A program made the position numbers and the translations under genes. Below are positions 1 to 8,198 of a stretch of DNA of 17,721 nt, piece by piece (position 1 is the first letter of the stretch; every line of letters starts with the position of its first letter). A model generated the notes under the pieces. The model saw only the letters and a program-made list of their open reading frames with translations. It was not told where the DNA came from and did no database searches. The DNA comes from an uncultured Verrucomicrobiales bacterium (GTDB lineage Bacteria > Verrucomicrobiota > Verrucomicrobiia > Verrucomicrobiales > DEV007). The DNA lies in the NCBI GenBank assembly GCA_938091905.1, contig CALKOM010000204.1, forward strand, positions 1 through 17,721, read 5' to 3'.

Positions 1-174
1 TGTCGACGACATACCCGTCGAAATCGTATAAGGCTTTAATGTTCAGGACTTTCACAACCCAGATCTCAAGCTGATCTTGGCGGGTTTGTCACCTATCCTG
101 TTAGGATTTCATCCAGCAAACCTGACGGAGAGCCAAAAAAAACCTTCTCGCATGTAACAAAAGCGACAAAGATA

Positions 175-3100
175 GTGTTTTTCAAAGTAATGAACCGTCG
201 CTTCCTAAAGTTTCTTCTCCTCATCACTCTAAGCGTCACCTTTGCCAAGGCAGCCCAGGCTCATGGAACCGGGAAGGTTCACTTCGATCCAAATTCTCGT
301 TCATGGACCGTCAGCGGCGTCGAAAAGACGGACTCGGGCAACAACACGGAGACGGGATCTTTCTCAGGCGAGGGCCCCCATCACCTCACTCTAGGGAACC
401 TCGGTATGGGATGGAGAGCGGATAAGGGTGGCTTTCTTGGGAGAGCATGGCCTCAATTCTTCATTGAGACGGACTTTGATCGCTACCAGCCGGACACCTT
501 TGAGTGGGAGATCCAGGGAGGACGCTGGGACACCGACGACGGCTCCGCGCTCTTTGGTAGTCATGGGTCAGGCCAGGCCGGAGGGTTCCGGCTCCTCCTG
601 GGCGGGTCACCCGGTACAGATCCCCAACTCGATGTCCCCATTCCTCGCGGGACCGTTCTCGACGGAAAACTCTCCTGGCAATCTCAAACCGGAACCGCAG
701 GCACGGGAACCCTGGTCTATGAGGCCGATGATCCTGGCGGCTTTGGGGACCATCTGAGAGTCTATCGCCTGGCCTTGGCCGCAACCGGTGAGTTCACGAC
801 TTTCCACGGCGGGGAGGAAGGGGCGTTGGAAGCACTCAAAAAGATCACCGCGGAATTGAACACGATCTTCAACCGCGATCTATCCATCCACCTTGAACTG
901 ATTCCAGATGAAGATCTCAAAAAGATCATCTACGCGGATCCCGGCAGCGACCCCTACACACCCGAGGACCTTCCTGGTCAACTGGCACAGAATCAAACGA
1001 CCTTGGACAACGAGATCGGCACCGACAACTACGATGTCGGGCATGTGCTAGGACGATTGGTAGCGGACGGAGGCGGGTTCTCCACCTTCCACTCCGTCGG
1101 GCAGCCTGGCTTCAAAGGTCATGGCGTGACCGCGGCTTTCGAGCCCACCATCTACAGCAGCCCCTTCATCGGACTCCTCGCCCACGAACTCGGGCACCAG
1201 TTCGGCGCTGACCACACTTTCAACTCAGACGGCTCCGACTTCTGTGAGCGGGAACGGCATGAATCTACCGCAGTGGAGCCAGGTAGCGGATCCTCGCTCA
1301 TGGCCTATCCAGGCTTTTGTGGCGCAGGCGATCTGCAGGAGGAGCGTGATCACTACTTTCATGCCCTGAGCATTGAGCAAATCGAGACCTTCATCACCGA
1401 GAATCTAGATGCTGCCCCCCATGAAAAACAGCACACGGGAAATCGGATCCCCGTGCTCGTCGCTGGGAAACCGAAGACCATTCCCGCTCGCACGCCGTTC
1501 ATGCTGACCGCGATGGCGAGCGATCCCGATGGAGAAGAGCTGCAGTACAACTGGGAACAGATGGATGTGGGGGGAGCCCTCAACTTTCCCACCGCGAGCA
1601 CCGATGGGCCGCTCTTTCGATCGCGCCCGCCTTCGGCCTCACCTGTGCGCACCTTTCCCGCCATGGAGGATCTCCTCAACGGCACGACGGATCCTGCGGA
1701 AGTCTTGCCTGCCACCTCACGGAACTTGAACTTTCGTGCCACCGTTAGGGATAGCAGAGGTGTGAACTGGGGCGACGTGGCTCTCAGTGTCGTCGATACG
1801 GGAAGCGCCTTCGCCGTGACCTTTCCCAATGGCAGTGAGAGCCTAGATGCTTGGAGCAACTCGACCATTGAGTGGGATGTGGCAGGTACTGGCGGCAGTG
1901 GCATTGATACCGCTGCGGTCCATGTGTATCTCTCGCTCGATAGCGGGCGCACCTTTCCGACCTTTCTAAAGACGGTCCCTAACACAGGAGCAGCTTCCAT
2001 TCGGATCCCCCCCTTCGTCTCGTCCACCGCTCGTATCCTCATCCAAGGAGCAGGGAATGTGTTCTTCGATGTCTCGGATCAAGACTTCAACATCGTCCGC
2101 CCGCCCAATTCGCCTTACGTAAGCATCCCTTCCGAGATCCGAGGCCTTTACGGTGAAACCGTAACTCAATACATCCGCCTCAACACGCCTCCCAATGGTG
2201 ACGTGAGCATTCGAGCCGTGGCCTCGGAAGGCGTGCAACTCAGTCTGGATGACAGCGACTACGGAGACGCCGTCGAGGTCTCCTTGAATAACTCTAACTA
2301 CCTCTCGGGTGTACCCGTGTCTGTCAAAGTCTTCCTCGATGCCGATTTCAGTAAGCTTGGCAGCATCACCTATGAAGTGGTGGAGTCGACGAGTGAGGTC
2401 TATACGAACGACTTTCCTATCGCAACGACAGAAGTTAAGCTCAAGCTCCCGCCTCAAGCGACAGCCACGGGAGTGTTGTTTGATGTGAATCAGATTGACC
2501 CAGACACCACTCGCTGGAATCAGCTGAGCACGTGGGGATTCTTCTTCGGCAATACCACTCTCACAGACCTCCAATGGGAAGACGGCGCCGAGCCAGATCA
2601 AGTAGGCGCCACCCCTCAGGAAGTAGATCTGTTCATTGACCGACACGGCGTGGGCACTTGGCAACAAGCGCCCGTGATCCCTCTCCCCAGAACCATGCCT
2701 CTCGGCATGCCAGAACCAGAGAAGATGGATCACGTGTTCATCCACAGCTCGACCACAGAACCCATTTCGTTCACCTGGCAGGATCTCAAGCCGAATAGCG
2801 GATACAACGTTTTCATCTGCACCGCGCAGAACTTCAACGCCGTGATCGACCAAACGGTGACCATCACAGGGTCCGGCGAGAACGATCCCGAACCCTTCGT
2901 CCAGAAGGTGCCGGCGAATGCCAACCGGCGCTTGCTCATCAACAGTGAGTTCGGCTTTGAACGCCGCGAGCTCCAATCCTACGGAGTGCCGGTGATCTCA
3001 TCAGCGGCCGGCGAGATCGACATCTCGGTGCTCGCCAACGCAGGCACGGCCGGAGTCTTTCTCAATGCCGTGCGCATCCAAGAGCAGTTCCCTGTAGCGC

Positions 3101-5355
3101 AGCAAATCCCTGTCAGCGTTGAGGAGACGACCCTCGCAGAGGCCGAGACGGTGGACTTCGGCACTGCGTCCGCCACTCGGCTAGGGCGTGGGGCGGTGAC
3201 CAAAGAGTTCACATTGAAGAACCAGGGAATCGGCACGTCCGTCTCCGAGCTCTGGGCCAGTGTCAGTGGCCTCCATCGAGACGATTTTCAAATCGATCGG
3301 GAAGGCATGAGGCGATTCTTGGAAGACGGCGAAAGCACCACCTTTTCCGTGAACTATTACCCCAACGGCGCAGGGGAGCGCCAGGCCAGCTTGCAGATTG
3401 GAGGGCGCTTCGGGCCTCGCGGCCGGTATCTGAGCACTTTCACTGTCAATCTCACAGGAGTCGCCACCGAAAGCCTCCAGCCAGACACGGATGCCTTCGG
3501 CGGCGCCGGTGATCACTTCGGAAGCGCGGTCGCGATCCATGAGGACCTCGCCATTGTCGGTGCACCTTCTGACGAGACCGAAGCGGGCGCCGAAGCGGGC
3601 ACCGCCTTGATCTTTGTGCTAGACGCCACAGGGAACTGGAAACGTTACCTAAAGCTGGCAGCCTCAGACGGCGCTCCCGACCTTCACTTTGGCCAATCTG
3701 TGAGTGCCGGGCTCGATGTCCTCGCGGTGGGGGCCAAGGACGCTGTCTACATCTTCCGACCAGAGGGCTTGCTTTGGGTTGAGACCGCGAAGCTACAAGC
3801 ATCCGATCTCGAGATTGGCGATGACTTTGGTCGATCCATCGCCCTTTCAGCATCCGGCGAAACACTGTTAGTAGGGGCGCCCTCTGGTAATCAGGACGGA
3901 AACACGGCAGCCGGGAGTGCTTACGTCTTCACCAAAGGCGCCGAGGGTTGGACAGAGCAGAAACTCACGGCCACACCCGCGGTCGCTTCCTCCAACATGG
4001 GCGCTGCCGTCGCCATCCATGGCGATCTTCTCGCCGTGGGCCTCCCCGGTGCCGAGAGCGCCGCAGGCCGCGTCCTCACCTATACCAAGGGCGCAAGCGC
4101 CTGGGAGCTAGCCTCCACCATCGAGAACCCGGCCCCGACGACGAGCACCGACTTCGGCACCGCACTCGCTCTGATAGAGGAACGACTTTTAGTCGGCCTC
4201 ACCGACGCCGCTCGCCTCTTTCTCAAGACCGCCGAAGGTGACTGGGATGAGGAAACGGTCTTCTCAGATGCTCCAGGAATCGGCTTTGGAGGTTCTGTTG
4301 CCCTCGGAGAAGAACTCATTTTGATCGGCGCCGAAGACGCAGACACCGAGGCCGGACAAGCCGCTGGCACCGCCCAGGTTTATATCAAAAGCACCGATCA
4401 GTGGCTGCCGCGTGAACTCCTGACCGCGGAAGACGCTGCGGCAGGGGATCGTTTCGGCCATGCCGTGGCCCTGAGCGGCCTCTCCGCCATGGTCGGCGCC
4501 CCCGACCATGATGGCCCCGTAGAATTGGGCATTCCGTTAGACGACCAAGGCAGCGTCTACGCCTACCCCTTAGCAGCGCCTGCCGCTCGCATGGACCTGC
4601 GCCGACTCAATGAAATGGTGCTCAAGCAGGGTTCCGTGGTGGAGTTCGGTGAAGTCGCCATCGGCGCCACAGGCGAAGCCACCATTCGCATCACCAACAC
4701 GGGCGACATCCTCCTCACCGGGATCGCCATGGCCCTGGAAGGCGAGCATCAAGACGACTACACACTGACCTACGACGGGGGTATGACCATCGATCCCGGC
4801 ATGACAGAGGAAATGTTAGTCGAATTCAAGCCTATGACCGCAGGCACGCGATGCGCCACACTGCGCGTTCTGAGCAGTGACACCGAGGCCTCTTCTGTCG
4901 AACTCACGCTCAAGGGCACCGCCGCACCTGCCGAAGAAGTCTTCGGCTCAGCCATCCTCGCCGCAGGACTGAGCGGGGTCGAGACGCTCCCCGGAGCAGA
5001 ACCCTTCGACGACGGGATTCCCAATCTCTTGAAATACGCCTTTAACATGGAACTGGCAGGAGCCGACGCAAGCACCCTCGGTCCAGGCGGGGATTCAGGA
5101 CTCCCAGGACACGAGGTGAATACAGGAGACAGCGGTGAAACCATCTTTGTCGTCGAATTCATCCGGCGCAAAGGGAGTGGGTTGGTCTACACGCCCAAAC
5201 GCGCCGATTCGCCTGAGAACGACCTCTTTGTCCCAATGACAGGAGCCATTCAGATCATCTCCATTGACGACGAGTGGGAACGCGTGCGCGTCGAAGAACG
5301 CTGCCCCGCCGACACACCACGCTGCTTCAGTCACGTCGAGGTCTCTCTTCCGTAA
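175..5355 (+). CDS. Large secreted reprolysin-like (M12B-type metzincin) zinc metallopeptidase with Ig-like/choice-of-anchor D domains, FG-GAP beta-propeller and Verrucomicrobia-type C-terminal domain
   Basis: 1726-aa ORF; the true start may be ATG at 190. Signal peptide (NRRFLKFLLLITLSVTFAKAAQA|H). Zinc motif HELGHQFGADH (1183-1215) and Met-turn GSSLMAY. Family-typical blocks LRVYRLALAATGEF, YNWEQMD, GPLFRS, LNFRATVRD and NVFFDVSD. Two Ig-like blocks (VDFGT...FTLKNQG; VEFGEV...IRITNTG), seven FG-GAP repeats, and C-terminal DDGIPNLLKYAFNM. Confidence 0.92.
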   Translation: MFFKVMNRRFLKFLLLITLSVTFAKAAQAHGTGKVHFDPNSRSWTVSGVEKTDSGNNTETGSFSGEGPHHLTLGNLGMGWRADKGGFLGRAWPQFFIETDFDRYQPDTFEWEIQGGRWDTDDGSALFGSHGSGQAGGFRLLLGGSPGTDPQLDVPIPRGTVLDGKLSWQSQTGTAGTGTLVYEADDPGGFGDHLRVYRLALAATGEFTTFHGGEEGALEALKKITAELNTIFNRDLSIHLELIPDEDLKKIIYADPGSDPYTPEDLPGQLAQNQTTLDNEIGTDNYDVGHVLGRLVADGGGFSTFHSVGQPGFKGHGVTAAFEPTIYSSPFIGLLAHELGHQFGADHTFNSDGSDFCERERHESTAVEPGSGSSLMAYPGFCGAGDLQEERDHYFHALSIEQIETFITENLDAAPHEKQHTGNRIPVLVAGKPKTIPARTPFMLTAMASDPDGEELQYNWEQMDVGGALNFPTASTDGPLFRSRPPSASPVRTFPAMEDLLNGTTDPAEVLPATSRNLNFRATVRDSRGVNWGDVALSVVDTGSAFAVTFPNGSESLDAWSNSTIEWDVAGTGGSGIDTAAVHVYLSLDSGRTFPTFLKTVPNTGAASIRIPPFVSSTARILIQGAGNVFFDVSDQDFNIVRPPNSPYVSIPSEIRGLYGETVTQYIRLNTPPNGDVSIRAVASEGVQLSLDDSDYGDAVEVSLNNSNYLSGVPVSVKVFLDADFSKLGSITYEVVESTSEVYTNDFPIATTEVKLKLPPQATATGVLFDVNQIDPDTTRWNQLSTWGFFFGNTTLTDLQWEDGAEPDQVGATPQEVDLFIDRHGVGTWQQAPVIPLPRTMPLGMPEPEKMDHVFIHSSTTEPISFTWQDLKPNSGYNVFICTAQNFNAVIDQTVTITGSGENDPEPFVQKVPANANRRLLINSEFGFERRELQSYGVPVISSAAGEIDISVLANAGTAGVFLNAVRIQEQFPVAQQIPVSVEETTLAEAETVDFGTASATRLGRGAVTKEFTLKNQGIGTSVSELWASVSGLHRDDFQIDREGMRRFLEDGESTTFSVNYYPNGAGERQASLQIGGRFGPRGRYLSTFTVNLTGVATESLQPDTDAFGGAGDHFGSAVAIHEDLAIVGAPSDETEAGAEAGTALIFVLDATGNWKRYLKLAASDGAPDLHFGQSVSAGLDVLAVGAKDAVYIFRPEGLLWVETAKLQASDLEIGDDFGRSIALSASGETLLVGAPSGNQDGNTAAGSAYVFTKGAEGWTEQKLTATPAVASSNMGAAVAIHGDLLAVGLPGAESAAGRVLTYTKGASAWELASTIENPAPTTSTDFGTALALIEERLLVGLTDAARLFLKTAEGDWDEETVFSDAPGIGFGGSVALGEELILIGAEDADTEAGQAAGTAQVYIKSTDQWLPRELLTAEDAAAGDRFGHAVALSGLSAMVGAPDHDGPVELGIPLDDQGSVYAYPLAAPAARMDLRRLNEMVLKQGSVVEFGEVAIGATGEATIRITNTGDILLTGIAMALEGEHQDDYTLTYDGGMTIDPGMTEEMLVEFKPMTAGTRCATLRVLSSDTEASSVELTLKGTAAPAEEVFGSAILAAGLSGVETLPGAEPFDDGIPNLLKYAFNMELAGADASTLGPGGDSGLPGHEVNTGDSGETIFVVEFIRRKGSGLVYTPKRADSPENDLFVPMTGAIQIISIDDEWERVRVEERCPADTPRCFSHVEVSLP
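3508..4566 (+). repeat. Seven protein-level FG-GAP repeats (probable 7-bladed propeller) within the metalloprotease
   Basis: GDHFGSAVAI..VGAP, DLHFGQSVSA..VGAK, GDDFGRSIAL..VGAP, SNMGAAVAI..VGLP, TDFGTALAL..VGLT, IGFGGSVAL..IGAE, GDRFGHAVAL..VGAP. Each is followed by a (G)x(A/V)(Y/L)x(F/Y)-like strand. Confidence 0.85.
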
Positions 5356-5671
5356 CAGGCATTGTAGTCAGTCAGATTGCGTAGTCCACACAACCGCTTG
5401 CCCGCCGGCCATCGAGGCTACCGGTCGAAAGAAAGTGAGATTCTCCTCACCGATATCAATCTGGTCGAGTTCGATTTCGCACGATCAATGAACTCGTTGG
5501 GTATTGGCAAGAAAACTACGCCACACTCCCTATCACAGGTTCAGGATCGATCACACTAATCATCGCTCTGGAGGAGACTGACAGACATGACATTTGGTTC
5601 GAAAGAAAGCGATATGCCGTCTCAGCTTATCATTGCGCATGTCTCACCGCTGTCCCTATCTAGATTAGACC

Positions 5672-6667
5672 GTGACCAAGCCACCTAGCACGTCCTCCGG
5701 AAAGAAAGAGACTTGGAACCACACTGCGCCAGTGGTTTTCTCACCGCTGTTCGCGTGGCCTCCCAACCCCCAAGACGCGATTCTGGCCCTTACAAAGAGG
5801 TGGGGCACCGTTTCCCGTAATGTCCTCTTTCTCGTTATGGCGTTCCTGGTCTTCCAGTACCTTGTCCCGGACGAGGGCGTCATGCGGACGTTGTCGATTG
5901 GATGGGTTGGTTTCATCTTTCTGCGTAACTACGTCTTTATGTTGATCATCGCCGGCGGGTTACATCTCTATCTTTTTACCTACAGACTGCAAGGGCGCCG
6001 GTTGAAGTACGACCCTCGCGAGCAATTTGACAAAGGCGGGAAATACTCCTTCCGAAACCAGGTTTGGGACAATGTCTTCTGGTCCCTAGCCAGTGGGACG
6101 ACGATGTGGTCGATCTATGAGGTGCTCTATTTCTGGGGCGCGGCCAACGGAGTGATCCCGACCCTTTCCTTGATCAGCGACCATCCTATCCTCTTTGTCG
6201 CGTGGCTGCTGGCTTTGCCGATCCTGACATCTTCCCACTTCTACTTCATTCACCGGTTGCTCCACTGGCCGGTTCTCTACCGTCGCGTGCATAGCGTTCA
6301 TCATCGGAATATCCAAGTTGGTCCGTGGTCAGGGATGTCCATGCATCCGGTCGAACACATTTTCTACATCTCTTCCGTGCTCCTGCATTTCATCATAGCG
6401 TCACATCCCGTGATCCTGCTGCTACACCTTTACAGCCGCTGCCTGGGCCCCGCCTTTTCCCATGCTGGGTTTGAAAAGTTGCAGGTTGGCGACACCACTG
6501 TTGTTGATGCTGCTGACTTTCACCATCAACTCCATCACCGCTATTTCGAATGTAACTACGGCACGCTCGATGCGCCCTGGGACCAGTGGTTCAATACGGA
6601 TCACGATGGATCTGATGAAGCCACAAACCGGATTCGAAAGCGACGCTTGAATAAGCATCGCCCCTAG
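5672..6667 (+). CDS. Sterol desaturase / fatty acid hydroxylase superfamily membrane di-iron enzyme
   Basis: 331 aa with several hydrophobic segments, the His boxes HRLLH, HSVHH and HHQLHH, plus SMHPVE, SHAG and CNYG...WD motifs of the FA_hydroxylase family. Confidence 0.9.
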   Translation: MTKPPSTSSGKKETWNHTAPVVFSPLFAWPPNPQDAILALTKRWGTVSRNVLFLVMAFLVFQYLVPDEGVMRTLSIGWVGFIFLRNYVFMLIIAGGLHLYLFTYRLQGRRLKYDPREQFDKGGKYSFRNQVWDNVFWSLASGTTMWSIYEVLYFWGAANGVIPTLSLISDHPILFVAWLLALPILTSSHFYFIHRLLHWPVLYRRVHSVHHRNIQVGPWSGMSMHPVEHIFYISSVLLHFIIASHPVILLLHLYSRCLGPAFSHAGFEKLQVGDTTVVDAADFHHQLHHRYFECNYGTLDAPWDQWFNTDHDGSDEATNRIRKRRLNKHRP

Positions 6668-6675
6668 GGAAACGA

Positions 6676-7215
6676 GTGAACTGTGGATCGATGTCAGAGG
6701 ACATTTACGCAACTAGTAAGGTTGAGGCGTCGTGTTGTTTAGCCAGGGCGCTGTTATTGGTGATTGCCAGTTTAGCGGGGGCACCATGTGTTGGTCTCAA
6801 CCAAGAGGACTGCAGTGAGTTGAAGGATACCTTTCTAGTTCGGGAAACGCGTTATCTGATCCGAGTGCCGAACGATTGGAACGGGATACAAGTAGACTGA
6901 TGTTAGTGTTGAGGCTGCCTTGGAAAAGATCAACGCCGCACCACGCATCACTGCGGATGCAGGTGCGATCAATTACTGGAGCGGTATAGGGCGCACGCAT
7001 ACTGGTGAATCAAAGATACCGGACTTTCGGATGGCTTCCATTGGAGATGGTTTAAGTTATCCGTCCACGGCGAAGGGTTATGGAGAACTAGTCGCCCGGA
7101 ATGATTACCCAAAGCTATACCGTAGTGCCTATGTCGACTGGTAGGGGCATTGTAGTGTCAGCGTGGCCGAGTGGTTGGCTGCAATTGAGACGATGATGAA
7201 GCTGGGAATGTTTGG
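6676..7215 (+). pseudogene. Remnant of a secreted alpha/beta-hydrolase (DUF6351/tannase-like); large internal deletion and in-frame stop
   Basis: The N-terminal piece YLIRVPNDWNG (ORF 6676-6900) is joined out of frame near 6893 to a C-terminal piece LEKINAAPRITAD...TG...IGDGL...LYRSAYVDW. After TAG 7142-7144 the frame reads GHCSVSVAEWLAAIETM, a catalytic-His motif. No nucleophile (GxSxG) region remains. Confidence 0.6.
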
Positions 7216-7238
7216 TAAGCTGTGGAGACTGGAGGCGC

Positions 7239-8198
7239 CTAGCGAAGCTTGTCTGCGGAAATACGATAGATCCGAATTGCGTTCTCCCGCATGCCTTTCT
7301 TCAGAGCTGCGTAGCTTTTTTTCTCGAGGAATTCGCGCATGATTCGCACCACATCGTCTACCTTGCCAAAGTGCTCACAAACAGCCCAATTGGTGGCAAA
7401 GATCACCCGATCCTCGCCGAAGGCATCGAAGCACGGATTGAGAACCGGAAGATAGTGAGACAGATCAACTGGAGCTCGGTCCTCAAACGCTTTCACTTCG
7501 GCGAAGTTTATGATGCTGGAGAGCTTACAGTAAATGTTAGCCTCTTGCGCGCAGTCAATGAGCGCCTTCTTCCACGCTGCGGATATCTTTCCGTCCACTA
7601 TGCGGGCGCGCAGGCAATGGTTCAGCACGATCTTTAGCCCCTGAAACTCACGTGCCAAGCGGATGGCGTCCGCCGCATGTTGGTGTGCTATCAAGAGATC
7701 GATGACCATCCCTTCCTCATCAAATTTCTGCAGGTGTCGCCGCGCAGTTTCGTGATCCAGATAAGCCGCCAGCTCATCCATGCGAAAACGATAACCATTC
7801 AGGTAGCCACTCTTAACATATCGCTCATGGTGCGTGAGAAAGTCTTCCTCAGTAAGGTCTCCACGTGCCACGTAACCGCACACCAGATCCGACTTCGCTT
7901 GCGCAAGAACCCAATCATTGAATTGTGGCTGATCTTGTTCGACCGCCTCCACGATCATGGTTGCCTGTATCCCCAGCCGATCTGCCAGCGATCGGTAGTC
8001 CTCAGGCGTCATCGCCATCCCTAGTGTGTCTTTCGGGTGACGCTTGTTCGTCTTCGACTCGTGTGCAACTTGCGCATCGCTCTTGAAGTGTGTGTGCGGA
8101 TCAATGATCCAAGGCTCCTCCGCCCGCACGGCGGATAGCGCTGCGATGAGTATGAAGGCGCAAAGCCACCAATTCCTGATACAGTGTGTTAGCCGCAT
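7239..8198 (-). CDS. Amidohydrolase family protein (Amidohydro_2; L-fuconolactonase/sugar-lactonase-like) with predicted signal peptide
   Basis: IIDPHTHF metal motif, GIQATMIVEA, GYRF, LKIVLNH, NIYCKLS and FGEDRVIFATNWAV. ATG at 8198 gives MRLTHCIRNWWLCAFILIAALSAVRA|EEP; the ORF track extends to GTG 8234. Confidence 0.88.
   Translation of the reverse strand: MRLTHCIRNWWLCAFILIAALSAVRAEEPWIIDPHTHFKSDAQVAHESKTNKRHPKDTLGMAMTPEDYRSLADRLGIQATMIVEAVEQDQPQFNDWVLAQAKSDLVCGYVARGDLTEEDFLTHHERYVKSGYLNGYRFRMDELAAYLDHETARRHLQKFDEEGMVIDLLIAHQHAADAIRLAREFQGLKIVLNHCLRARIVDGKISAAWKKALIDCAQEANIYCKLSSIINFAEVKAFEDRAPVDLSHYLPVLNPCFDAFGEDRVIFATNWAVCEHFGKVDDVVRIMREFLEKKSYAALKKGMRENAIRIYRISADKLR

Noticed and set aside
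1359..2976. Long antisense ORFs (227 aa and 336 aa) and other short overlapping ORFs in the track
   Set aside because: These are shadows of GC-rich coding sequence on the opposite strand or in alternative frames, with no recognisable motifs.
3578..3600. Direct repeat CCGAAGCGGGC x2 (12-bp period)
   Set aside because: An in-frame micro-duplication coding EAGA/EAGT in an FG-GAP loop. With only two copies it is not an array.
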